Positions 33,327 to 44,034 are shown, counted from the first letter of the stretch. The stretch: 53,801 nt of DNA from an uncultured Lachnospiraceae bacterium (GCA_964618775.1 CAZUDG010000002.1:1-53801), one strand, 5' to 3'. Notes: a model not told the origin generated them from the letters alone. Numbers and translations: made by a program.

Positions 33327-34931
33327 ATGGCATATCAAGCCTTATATAGAAAGTTTCGCCCTAGAGATTTTGATGATGTTAAGGGGCAAGATCATATAGT
33401 AACAACATTAAAAAATCAAATAAAGGCAAATCGAATTGGTCATGCCTATTTATTCTCCGGAACCAGGGGAACAGGAAAAACAACAGTTGCCAAGATCTTA
33501 GCCAAGGCAGTTAACTGTGAGGATCCAGTAGATGGTGGCCCATGCAATCAGTGTACTACATGTAATCATATTAATAGTAATACATCAATGAATATAATTG
33601 AAATTGATGCTGCTTCCAACAATGGTGTTGACGATGTAAGAGAAATTGTAGAAGAAGTTAGATATTCTCCTGGACAGGGTAAATACAAGGTGTATATAAT
33701 TGATGAGGTTCACATGTTATCCAAATCAGCATTTAATGCCTTGTTAAAGACATTGGAAGAACCCCCGTCATATGTTATTTTTATACTTGCAACTACTGAA
33801 CCTCAGAAGTTGCCCCTTACAATTTTATCACGGTGTCAAAGATATGATTTTAAACGAATTACTATTGAAGCTATTACAAATCGCTTGTATGAGGTCCTAA
33901 AGAAAGAAGATGTTGAAGCAGAAGACAAGGCTCTGCGTTATGTTGCTAGGGTGGCAGATGGATCAATGCGTGATGCTCTAAGTCTATTAGATCAGTGTAT
34001 AGCATTTTACTACGGAGAAATGTTGACATATGATAGAGTGCTAGATGTTTTGGGAGCTATGGACGTAGAGGTATATTCTTTTTTACTTACTTGTATAAGT
34101 GATAAAAGAGTATCTGAAGGAATTGAGTTTCTAGACAAGATCATACTTGAAGGGAAAGAACTAACTACCTTTGTTAATGAATTTACTTGGTATTTAAGGA
34201 ATGTTCTTTTAGTAAAATCATCGGAAAAGAATCTTGATAAAATAGATATATCATTAGATGATATTCCTATATTACAAGAGCAAAGTCAAAAGATAGAGAT
34301 GAATACTATAATAAGATATATTCAGATTTTTTCTGAACTATCAAATCAGATCAAATTTTCCTCTCAAAAGAGAGTTCTAGTAGAGGTTTCATTAATTAAA
34401 CTAATGAAACCGCAGATGGATGTTGATTATAATTCTTTGCTTGAAAGAATAAGGGTTTTAGAAGAACAAGTTGAGAATGGAATTACCATAAAAGAATCAA
34501 ATAATAGAGAGGCAATGATAACAAAAGAGAGCAATCATCCTAAAAAGATGATTAAAGAAAAACAAGAGAAACTAGAAGAAGCGGCAAAAGCCCTTCCAGA
34601 GGACTTAAAGTTAATAGGACAAAACTGGAGGAAGATAACATCAAGGGTAGGATCGAGTTGGAGGCCAAATTTAGAGGTATCAATTCCTAGGGTTGGCAAT
34701 GATAATAATTTGATATTAACATGTCCTGATAAGTTGGATTTAGATAGAATTTCAGGGGAAGAACATGTGAAGGAGCTTAAGGATATAATTGCAAAGGTTA
34801 TAGGTAAAGATATAGATTTAGATATACATTTTAAACTAGATAATAATAATCAAGATAACATGGATAGCTTACATGATTTACAATCCCTTTCAAAACTAAA
34901 TGAAAAAGTTAAAGTAGAATATGAAAATTAA
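33327..34931 (+). CDS. dnaX: DNA polymerase III subunit gamma/tau
   Basis: YRKFRP, Walker A GTRGTGKTT, a Zn module C-x-x-x-x-x-x-x-x-C-x-x-C-x-x-C, DEVHML and SRCQRYDF are present. Confidence 0.95.
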   Translation: MAYQALYRKFRPRDFDDVKGQDHIVTTLKNQIKANRIGHAYLFSGTRGTGKTTVAKILAKAVNCEDPVDGGPCNQCTTCNHINSNTSMNIIEIDAASNNGVDDVREIVEEVRYSPGQGKYKVYIIDEVHMLSKSAFNALLKTLEEPPSYVIFILATTEPQKLPLTILSRCQRYDFKRITIEAITNRLYEVLKKEDVEAEDKALRYVARVADGSMRDALSLLDQCIAFYYGEMLTYDRVLDVLGAMDVEVYSFLLTCISDKRVSEGIEFLDKIILEGKELTTFVNEFTWYLRNVLLVKSSEKNLDKIDISLDDIPILQEQSQKIEMNTIIRYIQIFSELSNQIKFSSQKRVLVEVSLIKLMKPQMDVDYNSLLERIRVLEEQVENGITIKESNNREAMITKESNHPKKMIKEKQEKLEEAAKALPEDLKLIGQNWRKITSRVGSSWRPNLEVSIPRVGNDNNLILTCPDKLDLDRISGEEHVKELKDIIAKVIGKDIDLDIHFKLDNNNQDNMDSLHDLQSLSKLNEKVKVEYEN

Positions 34932-34953
34932 CAAATAAAAAGGAGTTATAATA

Positions 34954-35298
34954 ATGGCAAAACGTGGAGGATTCCCAGGTGGTATGCCTGGTAATATGAA
35001 TAATTTAATGAAGCAAGCTCAAAGAATGCAAAAGAAAATGGAAGACAAAACCAAAGAACTTGAAGAAAAGGAATGGGAAGCTACAGTAGGTGGAGGTGCT
35101 GTTACTGTTAGAGTTTCAGGTAAAAAGGAAGTTGTTTCTGTAAAAATAGAAGAAGAAGTTGTCGATCCAGATGATGTAGAAATGTTGGAAGACTTAGTTA
35201 TGGCAGCAGTTAATGAAGCTTACAGACAAATGAATGAAGAAACCGAAGCTGTTATGGGTGATATAACAGGCGGCTTAGGAGGGGGCTTGCCTTTCTGA
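34954..35298 (+). CDS. ybaB: YbaB/EbfC family nucleoid-associated protein
   Basis: [17 protein letters not shown] and GGGAVTV patterns are present, and it holds the conserved position between dnaX and recR. Confidence 0.92.
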   Translation: MAKRGGFPGGMPGNMNNLMKQAQRMQKKMEDKTKELEEKEWEATVGGGAVTVRVSGKKEVVSVKIEEEVVDPDDVEMLEDLVMAAVNEAYRQMNEETEAVMGDITGGLGGGLPF

Positions 35299-35894
35299 TG
35301 AATTATTATAGTAGTCAGATTAGTAATTTAATCGAAGAACTCTCTAGGCTTCCAGGTATAGGATCAAAAACAGCTCAGCGTCTGGCATTTCATATTATTA
35401 ATATGCCAGGAGATCAAGTGAAGGGTTTGACTGATGCTATATCATCTGCAAAAGCAAATGTTAAGTACTGTAAACAATGCTTGACGTTAACAGATGAAGA
35501 GTTGTGCCCTATTTGTTCTAGTCCTAAAAGAGATCAAACAACTATAATGGTTGTAGAAAACACAAGGGATTTGTCTGCATACGAAAAAACAGGCAAGTAC
35601 AATGGTGTATATCATGTCCTTCATGGTGCAATATCTCCTATGAATGGAATTGGACCAGATGATATTAGACTTAAAGAGCTTATGATGCGTCTTCAAAAGG
35701 ATGTAGATGAAGTTATTATAGCAACTAACTCTAGCCTTGAAGGTGAAACTACTGCTATGTATATTAGCAAGCTTATAAAACCTACTAACATTAAAGCTAC
35801 TAGAATAGCAAGTGGAGTACCTGTTGGTGGAGACTTAGAGAATATAGATGAAGTGACATTACTTCGCGCTTTAGAAGGACGCACGGAATTATAG
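35298..35894 (+). CDS. recR: Recombination protein RecR
   Basis: [15 protein letters not shown] helix-hairpin-helix, a C-x-x-C...C-x-x-C zinc finger and a Toprim region are present. Its start overlaps the ybaB stop. Confidence 0.95.
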   Translation: MNYYSSQISNLIEELSRLPGIGSKTAQRLAFHIINMPGDQVKGLTDAISSAKANVKYCKQCLTLTDEELCPICSSPKRDQTTIMVVENTRDLSAYEKTGKYNGVYHVLHGAISPMNGIGPDDIRLKELMMRLQKDVDEVIIATNSSLEGETTAMYISKLIKPTNIKATRIASGVPVGGDLENIDEVTLLRALEGRTEL

Positions 35895-35978
35895 TGATAA
35901 ACAGTAACTGTCCGCTTCAAATAAAGTCCTTTCATCTTTCAAACAAGCAAAAGCTTAAAATAAAATACTTATAAAATC

Positions 35979-36026
35979 AGAACCAAAGTAAGAGTTTAGT
36001 ATCACTTTTACTCTGGTTCTTTTTTA
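35979..36026 (+). terminator. Terminator after recR
   Basis: An imperfect stem of about 17 bp, AGAACCAAAGTAAGAGT / CACTTTTACTCTGGTTCT, followed by six T. Confidence 0.6.
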
Positions 36027-36054
36027 ATTTCCAAAAACAGGGGGACAATGTCAG

Positions 36055-36092
36055 ATTGTACGGGTGAAACAATACAAGTTTATGCGTACAAT
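36055..36092. promoter_or_regulatory. Split AraR-like half sites (ATTGTACG - 22 nt - CGTACAAT)
   Basis: The two 8-nt arms are perfect reverse complements. Each carries the GTAC core of the AraR operator. Confidence 0.35.
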
Positions 36093-36155
36093 TTAAAGCT
36101 AAAGAAAAGTTGCCTAAAACGCATAGTGTGAGATAATATAATTGGTTATAATTTT

Positions 36156-36174
36156 AAATTGTACGTACAAAAAA
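36156..36174. promoter_or_regulatory. AraR operator (perfect palindrome TTGTACGTACAA)
   Basis: AAATTGTACGTACAAAAA matches the Firmicutes AraR operator core TGTACGTACA as I remember it from Bacillus subtilis. It lies upstream of an ara transporter/catabolic cluster that encodes AraR. Confidence 0.7.
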
Positions 36175-36206
36175 CTAAGACTATAAAGAAAATTTGCAAA
36201 TAGATA

Positions 36207-36235
36207 TTGACAACTTATAGACAATATTGTATATT
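36207..36235 (+). promoter_or_regulatory. Candidate sigma-A promoter of the arabinose operon
   Basis: TTGACA (36207-36212), a 17-nt spacer ending in TG, then TATATT (36230-36235). Confidence 0.45.
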
Positions 36236-36317
36236 ATATATATAATTAACTAGGGAAATATTAAAGAATGTTGTAATAAAAAACAAAAAATATCATTAGA
36301 AATTAAATAAACTGCTA

Positions 36318-36362
36318 TATATGTACAATTTTACGTCACATTCTCAAGTTGTACATACAACA
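36318..36362. promoter_or_regulatory. Two further AraR-like boxes (ATGTACAATTTTACGTCA and TTGTACATACAA)
   Basis: TTGTACATACAA (36349-36360) differs from the perfect box by one base. The adjacent box at 36321-36338 is degenerate. Confidence 0.5.
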
Positions 36363-36528
36363 AGTTAAAATTGTATGGTTGGGTTCGAATCTTACCTAGG
36401 ACTGGTTACCTGAGATAAAATACACTTTATTCTATAAGAATAGGGGGCTCGTTATACTTAAGGTATAGTGAGACCTTTATATATATTTACTAATAACCAA
36501 AGCAAGAACAAAAAGGAGGAAGTAAAAA

Positions 36529-37707
36529 ATGAAAAAGTCGATTAAGCAGTTATGGGGTGTTTTGATAATTGCGGTTATGGTACTAGGATTAGTTGCATGC
36601 GGTAATGATTCCGGTGATAAACAAGAAGCAACTGATGCAGCAGTAGAGCAAACAGAAGCAAAAACTGATGCAGTGGAAGAGGACACTGAAGACACAAGTA
36701 ATAGTGGAGAAGGTAAAAGAGTTGGTGTTGCCATGCCTACACAATCCTCCCAAAGATGGATTGATGATGGAGACAACATTAAGAAGGAGCTAGAGGCTCT
36801 AGGCTATGAAGTTGACTTGCAATTTGCTGAAGATGATGTACAAGCACAAGTATCTCAAATTGAGAACTTAATTACAAATGGAGCTGATTGTTTAGTTGTT
36901 GCAGCAATTGACTCCTCAGCTTTAGTTAATGTTCTTGGAGAAGCAAAGAATAATAATATTCCAGTTATTGCATATGATCGTCTGCTTATGGATACTGATG
37001 CAGTTTCCTATTATGCTACATTTGATAATGAAGGCGTTGGCGTTGCAATTGGAACCTATATTGAAGAAAAGATGGAATTAGCAACTGCAGAAGATGAAGG
37101 ACGAAGCTACAACATTGAATTTTTCATGGGTTCACCAGATGATAACAACGCTGTATTCTTAGACAGAGGTGTTCATTCAGTGCTAGATCCATACTTAGAA
37201 AGTGGTGTTTTAGTATGTCAGTCAGGTCAAGTAGATTTTGCCCAAACCAATACACTTCGTTGGAGCCAAGAGACAGCTCAAAAACGTTGTGAAGATATTT
37301 TATCAGGATTTTATGCTGATGGTGAGACTCTAGATATAGTAGCAAGTGCTTTTGATGGTTTAAGTTATGGTGCAGCAGCAGCTTTAACTGGTGCAGGATA
37401 TACTACCGGTGACGGATGGCCATTAATCACAGGTCAAGATGCAGAACTTATGGCAACTAAGAATATTATCTCAGGAGCCCAAACAATGTCAATTTTTAAA
37501 GACACTAGAGTTTTAGCTGAAAAAGCTGTTTCTATGGTTCAAGCAGTTCTTGAAGATAAAGAACCAGAAATTAATGATACAGAAACTTATAACAATAATG
37601 TTATAACTGTACCATCTTACCTATGTGAACCAGTACCTGTTGATGCTAGTAACTATGAAGAAGTTTTAATTGATTCTGGATATTATACAGCTGATGAAGT
37701 AAAATAA
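36529..37707 (+). CDS. Sugar ABC transporter substrate-binding lipoprotein (CUT2, ChvE-like; probable arabinose binding)
   Basis: Signal peptide with lipobox LVAC-G. Periplasmic-binding-protein type I pattern (VGVAMPT, IAYDRL). Strong RBS AAAGGAGGAAG. The gene lies in ara context. Confidence 0.85.
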   Translation: MKKSIKQLWGVLIIAVMVLGLVACGNDSGDKQEATDAAVEQTEAKTDAVEEDTEDTSNSGEGKRVGVAMPTQSSQRWIDDGDNIKKELEALGYEVDLQFAEDDVQAQVSQIENLITNGADCLVVAAIDSSALVNVLGEAKNNNIPVIAYDRLLMDTDAVSYYATFDNEGVGVAIGTYIEEKMELATAEDEGRSYNIEFFMGSPDDNNAVFLDRGVHSVLDPYLESGVLVCQSGQVDFAQTNTLRWSQETAQKRCEDILSGFYADGETLDIVASAFDGLSYGAAAALTGAGYTTGDGWPLITGQDAELMATKNIISGAQTMSIFKDTRVLAEKAVSMVQAVLEDKEPEINDTETYNNNVITVPSYLCEPVPVDASNYEEVLIDSGYYTADEVK

Positions 37708-37806
37708 TCAAATTGCATCATAATAAAGGTGGCAACTTGGTTGTCACCTTTATTTATATAATAGAATTTAAATATTGTAACAAAATTATGAAAAGGAGAT
37801 GACAAA

Positions 37807-39363
37807 ATGTCTAACATAATTTTGGAGATGAATCGTATCACAAAAGAATTTCCAGGAATAAAGGCTTTGGATGACATTAATTTCAAGGTAGAACGTGGAG
37901 AAATTCATGCTATATGTGGAGAAAATGGAGCGGGGAAATCCACATTAATGAATGTTTTATCAGGTGTATATCCATATGGTTCATTTGAAGGAGAGATAGT
38001 TTACAATGGCGAGATTTGTGAATTTCACAACATAAGAGACAGTGAAAAAAAGGGAATCGTAATAATTCACCAGGAGCTTGCTTTAAGCCCCAATTTATCA
38101 ATCGCAGAGAATATTTTCCTAGGTAACGAAGTAACATCTCACAAAGGTATTATAGATTGGACTCAAACTATGCAGAAAGCAAAAGAAATGCTTTCTGTGG
38201 TTGGCTTGGAAAATGAAAATCTAGAGGCTGCTGTTAGTAGTTTGGGAGTTGGCAAACAACAATTAATAGAAATTGTTAAGGCGCTAACAAAAGACGTAGA
38301 ACTATTGATTCTTGACGAGCCTACGGCTTCTTTAAATGATGAAGAAAGCTTAAATCTTTTAAATATTATATTAGGACTTAAGGAAAAGGGAATAACCTGT
38401 ATAATTATCTCTCATAAGTTAAATGAGCTAGAATATGTAGCAGACAACATTACAATTTTGAGAGATGGTAAAACAATAGAAACATTGAATAAGGATGAAG
38501 AAGGATTTGATGAAAACAGAATAATTAGAGGTATGGTTGGAAGGGAACTTACTAATCGTTATCCACCTTTTGAAAATAATGCAAAAGAGGTAGTTTTTGA
38601 AGTTAAAGACTGGAATGTATATCATCCAGACGATGGGAATAGGCAAGTGTTAAAGGATATATCTTTTAACGTCCGAGCGGGTGAAGTTGTTGGCTTCGCT
38701 GGTCTTATGGGGGCAGGAAGAACAGAGCTTGCCATGAGTATATTTGGAAAATCTTATGGACAAAAGATTTCTGGTCAAATATATAAAGAAGGGGAAGAGC
38801 TAAACTTAAAGGATGTAAAAGATGCAATTGAGCATAAAATAGCATATGTTCCAGAAGATAGAAAAACTGCTGGCCTAATAGGTATGCATGACATTAAGTT
38901 TAATATGACTTTACCCGCACTTAAGAACTTTTTCTCTAAAAACGGTGTAATAGATCAAAAAAATGAAATCAAAGTTTCTAAAAAATATAAAGATTTAATT
39001 AATATAAGGGCAAGATCAATTGAGCAAGAAGCGGGATCTCTTTCTGGTGGAAATCAACAAAAGGTTGTTTTAGCCAAATGGATGATTACAGAACCAGACA
39101 TATTGATTTTGGATGAACCTACTAGAGGTATAGATGTAGGCGCAAAATACGAAATATATAATATTATTAATGAGTTATCAAGAGAAGGGAAAGCAATAAT
39201 TTTTATATCTTCTGAAATGCCAGAAATTATCGGTATGTGTGATAGGGTCTATGTTTTAAATGAAGGTGAAATCGTAGGAGAACTATATAGAGACGACTTA
39301 TCTCAAGAGAATATCATGACACATATTGTATCTCACAATAGGAGGGAAAATAATGAAAAGTAA
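37807..39363 (+). CDS. Sugar ABC transporter ATP-binding protein (duplicated ABC domains, GguA/RbsA type)
   Basis: Walker A GENGAGKST, signature LGVGKQQ and Walker B LLILDEPT in the first half. A degenerate second P-loop GLMGAGRTE with LSGGNQQK and ILILDEPT in the second half. Confidence 0.92.
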   Translation: MSNIILEMNRITKEFPGIKALDDINFKVERGEIHAICGENGAGKSTLMNVLSGVYPYGSFEGEIVYNGEICEFHNIRDSEKKGIVIIHQELALSPNLSIAENIFLGNEVTSHKGIIDWTQTMQKAKEMLSVVGLENENLEAAVSSLGVGKQQLIEIVKALTKDVELLILDEPTASLNDEESLNLLNIILGLKEKGITCIIISHKLNELEYVADNITILRDGKTIETLNKDEEGFDENRIIRGMVGRELTNRYPPFENNAKEVVFEVKDWNVYHPDDGNRQVLKDISFNVRAGEVVGFAGLMGAGRTELAMSIFGKSYGQKISGQIYKEGEELNLKDVKDAIEHKIAYVPEDRKTAGLIGMHDIKFNMTLPALKNFFSKNGVIDQKNEIKVSKKYKDLINIRARSIEQEAGSLSGGNQQKVVLAKWMITEPDILILDEPTRGIDVGAKYEIYNIINELSREGKAIIFISSEMPEIIGMCDRVYVLNEGEIVGELYRDDLSQENIMTHIVSHNRRENNEK

Positions 39364-40516
39364 AAAGATTAATTTAGATATGAAGAAGTATGGCATGTTC
39401 ATTCTTTTGATAGTCATCTTTTTGTTATTCTATGGATTATCTTCAGGTAGAAATGCAACGGCAATGAACATAAACAACTTAATTATGCAAAACAGTTATG
39501 TAGTTATTCTAGCAACAGGGATGCTACTTTGTGTACTAACAGGAAACGTAGATTTAGGTGTTGGATCGGTTGTAGCATTTACAGGTGCCATATGCGCTAT
39601 ACTTGTAATTGATATGGGTATGGCTACACCTTTAGCATTTCTTATTGCTATCGTAATTGGATTAGCATGCGGTATGTTTGCTGGATTTTTTATAGCATAT
39701 CTACAAGTACCTCCATTCATAGTTACCTTAGCAACTATGTTGATGGGACGTGGATTAACATATGTAGCTCTAAAAGCACAGACAAAGGGGCCATTACCAG
39801 AGTCTTATACAGCTGTTGGTGCGGGTTATCTACCTACAATTAATATAGGATCAGCAGAAGTCCCATTGGATTTAGTAACTATAGTAGTTACAATAGTTTT
39901 ATCAGTATTACTAATACTATCGGAATTAAAATCAATTAGAACCATAAAGAAATATGGTTTTGACATGAATCCTATGTGGCAGATAATTTTAAGAAACCTT
40001 GTATCTTTAGGGTTACTTTGGTTCTTTATGCTAAAGTTAGCGGCATATAGAGGGATTCCAATTGTGTTAGTATTAATGGTTGCTTTAATTGGAATATATC
40101 ATTTTATAACCAGTAAAACAGTATATGGACGTTATATATATGCGCTGGGAGGTAACGCAAAAGCTGCACAATTATCAGGAATTGATACCAAGAAAGTTTT
40201 CTTTTGGGTATATACTAATATGGGTCTGCTAAGTGCAGTTGCAGGTATTGTGTTATCAGCAAGAAATGCTTCTGCTACGCCAAAAGCCGGTGATGGATTT
40301 GAGCTAGATGCAATAGCATCATGTTATATAGGTGGTGCTGCGACTGCTGGTGGAGCAGGTACAATTATTGGTGCAGTAATAGGTGCATTTATAATGGGAA
40401 TCTTAAACAACGGAATGTCCTTAATTGGATGGTCAACAGACATTCAAAGAGTAGTAAAAGGTGGAGTATTATTAGGAGCGGTAACTGTTGATTTATTATC
40501 AAAACGTAAAAAATAG
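39353..40516 (+). CDS. Sugar ABC transporter permease (GguB/XylH type)
   Basis: A polytopic membrane protein of about 388 aa. The ATG at 39353 follows AGGAGGGA and overlaps the ATPase stop. The ORF-track start at 39326 is inside the ATPase gene. Confidence 0.88.
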   Translation: MKSKKINLDMKKYGMFILLIVIFLLFYGLSSGRNATAMNINNLIMQNSYVVILATGMLLCVLTGNVDLGVGSVVAFTGAICAILVIDMGMATPLAFLIAIVIGLACGMFAGFFIAYLQVPPFIVTLATMLMGRGLTYVALKAQTKGPLPESYTAVGAGYLPTINIGSAEVPLDLVTIVVTIVLSVLLILSELKSIRTIKKYGFDMNPMWQIILRNLVSLGLLWFFMLKLAAYRGIPIVLVLMVALIGIYHFITSKTVYGRYIYALGGNAKAAQLSGIDTKKVFFWVYTNMGLLSAVAGIVLSARNASATPKAGDGFELDAIASCYIGGAATAGGAGTIIGAVIGAFIMGILNNGMSLIGWSTDIQRVVKGGVLLGAVTVDLLSKRKK

Positions 40517-40571
40517 ATTATCAATACAGAAGAAATAGCAATAAAATACTTTATTGGGGAGGTGACTAGCG

Positions 40572-41648
40572 TTGGATAAACAAATACCGAAATATTTGCA
40601 ACTAGTAAGTTGGGTTAAATCCAAGGTGGAATCTAATGAATTTAAGCCAGGAGACAAACTTTTTTCAGAAAATCAATTAAGTTCAATGTTTTCTATGAGT
40701 AGACAAACAATCCGACATGGTATTGCCAAGTTAGAGCAAGAAGGAATTGTAAAAAGTATTCAAGGTAGTGGGACATACATAACTAACAAGGTTAATAGTC
40801 GCCCAAAAACATTAAATGTTGCTGTAGTGACAACATATGTAGATCGATATATCTTTCCAAATGTTATTAAGGAGATAGAGAAGGTTATTTCTAATGCTGG
40901 TTTTTACACCCAAATAGCTTTTACCTATAATACCATCGAAAGAGAAACTTCAATACTTAACTCATTTTTAAATGATAATCAAGTTGATGGCATTATAATT
41001 GAACCCACAAAAAGCGGAATTCCCAATCCAAACATCAAGCTATACGAAGAACTGAAAAAACGCAATATACCAATAATATTTATTAATAGCTACTATCCAA
41101 ATTTAGGTTTGCCACATGTGTCTTTGAACGATAAAGATGCAGGGTATCTTGCAGTCAATCAGCTTATTAAAGCTGGTCATACTAAGATTGGTGGAATTTT
41201 TAAAGCTGACGATAGACAGGGGCATTTTCGATATACAGGATTTGTTAAAGGAATGCTAGATGCTGGATTAAAAATAAATGAAAAAAGCATAATCTGGATA
41301 GACACAGAAGATATCAACAATATGAAACATAACGAGAAACGAATACTTAGTAGAATAGAAGGGTGTACGGGATACGTTTGCTATAATGATGAGGTTGCAG
41401 TCCCTTTTGTAAACATTTGTAGAAAAAATAATATTCATGTTCCTGATCAACTATCTATTGTAAGTATTGATGACTCTGATATGGCTGCCTATTGTGAAGT
41501 TCCATTAACCTCTGTGGCATATCCAATTACGGAACTCGGCCATAGGGCAGCTGAAAACTTGCTTGAATTAATTAATGATAGTAGTTTTGATGCAAATTAT
41601 GAATTCCCGGCTACCATAACTATAAGAGATTCAGTTAAAAGGATATAG
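40572..41648 (+). CDS. araR: Arabinose operon repressor AraR (GntR-type HTH + LacI/PBP-type sugar-binding domain)
   Basis: N-terminal GntR winged helix (LFSENQLSSMFSMSRQTIRHGIAKLEQEGIV) is fused to a PBP1 domain. TTG start after GGAGGTG. The gene lies between the ara transporter and araA. Confidence 0.85.
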   Translation: MDKQIPKYLQLVSWVKSKVESNEFKPGDKLFSENQLSSMFSMSRQTIRHGIAKLEQEGIVKSIQGSGTYITNKVNSRPKTLNVAVVTTYVDRYIFPNVIKEIEKVISNAGFYTQIAFTYNTIERETSILNSFLNDNQVDGIIIEPTKSGIPNPNIKLYEELKKRNIPIIFINSYYPNLGLPHVSLNDKDAGYLAVNQLIKAGHTKIGGIFKADDRQGHFRYTGFVKGMLDAGLKINEKSIIWIDTEDINNMKHNEKRILSRIEGCTGYVCYNDEVAVPFVNICRKNNIHVPDQLSIVSIDDSDMAAYCEVPLTSVAYPITELGHRAAENLLELINDSSFDANYEFPATITIRDSVKRI

Positions 41649-41676
41649 TATCTTAACACCACTAGGAGGTATAGAA

Positions 41677-43158
41677 TTGTCAAACATGAAAAAGTATGAA
41701 TTTTGGTTTATTACTGGTGCGCAACATCTTTATGGAGAAGAAACCTTAAGACAGGTAGAGGAACATACAAAAATTATTGTAGAAGGATTGAATAATTCGG
41801 AATTAATTCCTTGTGCAATTACTTATAAGCCAATTGTAACGACCCCAGATGAAATAACAAATATTATGAAGGAAGCAAATTATGACAAAAATTGTGCTGG
41901 TATTATTACATGGATGCACACATTTTCTCCTTCAAAAATGTGGATTAATGGACTTGCATTACTAGACAAGCCATATTGTCATTTTCATACACAGTTTAAT
42001 CGTGAAATACCAAACGAAGAAATTGATATGGATTTTATGAACTTAAATCAATCAGCACATGGAGATAGAGAACATGGATTTATTGCTGCTAGGCTTCGTG
42101 TGCCTAGAAAAGTAGTAGTTGGATACTGGCAAGACGATGATATTAGGGAAAAGATAGGCAGCTGGATGAGAAGCGCTGTAGGTGTTGCAGTGAGTAAAGA
42201 TCTTAAAGTAATGCGTTTTGGTGATAACATGCGTCAAGTAGCAGTTACTGAAGGGGATAAGGTTGAAGCTCAAATCAAGCTAGGATGGCAAGTTAATACA
42301 GTTGCAGTAGGTGATCTAGTAGAGTTAATGAAGGAAGTAACTGATAAAGAAATTGATGACCTAGTAGAGATATACAAAGAAAAATATACTATTGTAACAG
42401 AAAACACCCATTCAATTCGTTATCAGGCAAAAGTAGAAATTGCAATGAAAAGAATGCTTGATGCAGAAGGTTGTGGTGCATTTACTAATACATTTGAGGA
42501 CCTACATGGAATGGAGCAGCTACCTGGTCTTGCATCTCAAAGATTAATGGAGGCAGGATATGGCTACGGTGGTGAGGGTGATTGGAAAGTATCTGCAATG
42601 ACCCATATAATGAAACAGATGTCTGAGGGTCTTGAAGGTGGAACTGCATTTATGGAAGATTACACATATGACTTAACAAAAGGTAAAGAATTATCATTGG
42701 GTGCTCATATGCTTGAAATTTGTCCATCTGTAGCAGCAGAAAAGCCTAGAATTGAAGTACATCATCTTGGCATAGGTGGCAAGGAATCACCAGCACGTTT
42801 AGTGTTTGATGGTCATCCAGGTGAAGCAATAGTGGTATCACTAATTGATATGGGCGGTCGATTACGTCTTATTGTTCAAGATATTGAAGCTGTGGAACCA
42901 ATCTATGAAATGCCTAATCTTCCTGTTGCACGTGTTATGTGGAAGCCAATGCCAGACTTACTAATAGGTGCAGAATGCTGGATATTAGCAGGTGGTGCCC
43001 ACCATAGTGTGTTATCATACACCTTGACAGCACAGCATATGCAGGATTTTGCTGAAATCATGGGAATTGAGTTCGTTCATATTAACAAAGAAACAAAGGT
43101 TAATGAATTCAAACAAATGTTATTCTTGCAAGATATAGCATGGAAAATCAACAGATAG
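41677..43158 (+). CDS. araA: L-arabinose isomerase
   Basis: YEFWFITGAQHLYGEE N-terminus, NLNQSAHGDRE and GYGYGGEGDWK are present. About 490 aa. The TTG at 41677 lies 7 nt after AGGAGG; the ATG at 41689 is the alternative. Confidence 0.95.
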   Translation: MSNMKKYEFWFITGAQHLYGEETLRQVEEHTKIIVEGLNNSELIPCAITYKPIVTTPDEITNIMKEANYDKNCAGIITWMHTFSPSKMWINGLALLDKPYCHFHTQFNREIPNEEIDMDFMNLNQSAHGDREHGFIAARLRVPRKVVVGYWQDDDIREKIGSWMRSAVGVAVSKDLKVMRFGDNMRQVAVTEGDKVEAQIKLGWQVNTVAVGDLVELMKEVTDKEIDDLVEIYKEKYTIVTENTHSIRYQAKVEIAMKRMLDAEGCGAFTNTFEDLHGMEQLPGLASQRLMEAGYGYGGEGDWKVSAMTHIMKQMSEGLEGGTAFMEDYTYDLTKGKELSLGAHMLEICPSVAAEKPRIEVHHLGIGGKESPARLVFDGHPGEAIVVSLIDMGGRLRLIVQDIEAVEPIYEMPNLPVARVMWKPMPDLLIGAECWILAGGAHHSVLSYTLTAQHMQDFAEIMGIEFVHINKETKVNEFKQMLFLQDIAWKINR

Positions 43159-43327
43159 TATTTGAAATCTAACAGATATACAGATAATGTTTGGAGTCAA
43201 GCAGATATAAGATATTTATAGCGTAAAACATGAAATTTGAGGGGAAGTATAATTAAAGATAAAGGACGATTTTAGTCCTGTAACAATGTGTTTAGCAATT
43301 ATCCAATTAAAGGTGGTGAGATAAGAC

Positions 43328-44017
43328 ATGTTAGAAGATTTAAAAATGCAAGTATATGAAGCAAATATGGAGTTGCCTAAAAGAGGGTTGATCACATATA
43401 CATGGGGTAACGTCAGTGGTATTGATAGAGAAAAAGGTTATTTTGTAATAAAACCCAGTGGTGTAGATTATGAACAATTAAAACCAGAAGATATGGTAGT
43501 AATGGACTTAGACGGCAATAAAGTAGAAGGAGAATACAAACCATCTTCTGATACTCCCACCCATTTGGAACTTTACAAGGCTTTTAAAGATATTGGTGGA
43601 ATTGTTCATACTCATTCACCATGGGCTACTTCATTTGCCCAGGCCAAAAAGGGAATACCATGTTATGGAACAACCCATGCAGATTATTTTTATGGGGAGA
43701 TACCATGTGCCAGAGACTTAAGCAAAGAAGAAATAGCAACATCCTATGAAAAGAACACAGGTTTAGTTATAATTGAAACTTTCGAAAAATTGAATCCATT
43801 AGATGTACCAGGGGTGCTATGCTCAAATCATGGACCATTTACTTGGGGGAAGGATGCAGCTGAAGCTGTTCATAATGCCGTTGTTTTAGAAGAAGTGGCT
43901 AAGATGGCATATCGTACAGAAAATTTATCCCCTAATGCAAATCCAATTCCTAAGGATCTTTTAGATAAGCATTTCCTTAGAAAACATGGCAAGGATGCAT
44001 ATTATGGACAAAATTGA
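43328..44017 (+). CDS. araD: L-ribulose-5-phosphate 4-epimerase
   Basis: The class II aldolase/adducin pattern is present ([34 protein letters not shown]). 229 aa. Confidence 0.93.
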   Translation: MLEDLKMQVYEANMELPKRGLITYTWGNVSGIDREKGYFVIKPSGVDYEQLKPEDMVVMDLDGNKVEGEYKPSSDTPTHLELYKAFKDIGGIVHTHSPWATSFAQAKKGIPCYGTTHADYFYGEIPCARDLSKEEIATSYEKNTGLVIIETFEKLNPLDVPGVLCSNHGPFTWGKDAAEAVHNAVVLEEVAKMAYRTENLSPNANPIPKDLLDKHFLRKHGKDAYYGQN

Positions 44018-44034
44018 TAGAAGGAATGGAGTAG

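Noticed and set aside
33327-34931. Possible programmed -1 frameshift site in dnaX, as in the E. coli tau/gamma case.
   Set aside because: No A-AAA-AAG heptamer with a downstream hairpin was found. The nearest A-runs (for example CTAAAAAGATG near 34540) are not slippery heptamers in the correct frame. The mechanism is also not typical of Firmicutes.
36049-36132. A 27-codon ORF (MSDCTGETIQVYAYNLKLKKSCLKRIV) in the recR-ara intergenic region.
   Set aside because: It has no RBS and overlaps the AraR half-site repeats, which better explain conservation of this DNA. Composition is not protein-like.
36382-36391. GGTTCGAATC, a tRNA T-loop-like decamer, in the arabinose operon leader.
   Set aside because: The flanking bases do not form a T-stem (TTGGG versus CTTAC), and no acceptor, D or anticodon arms can be drawn. 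It is probably a chance match.
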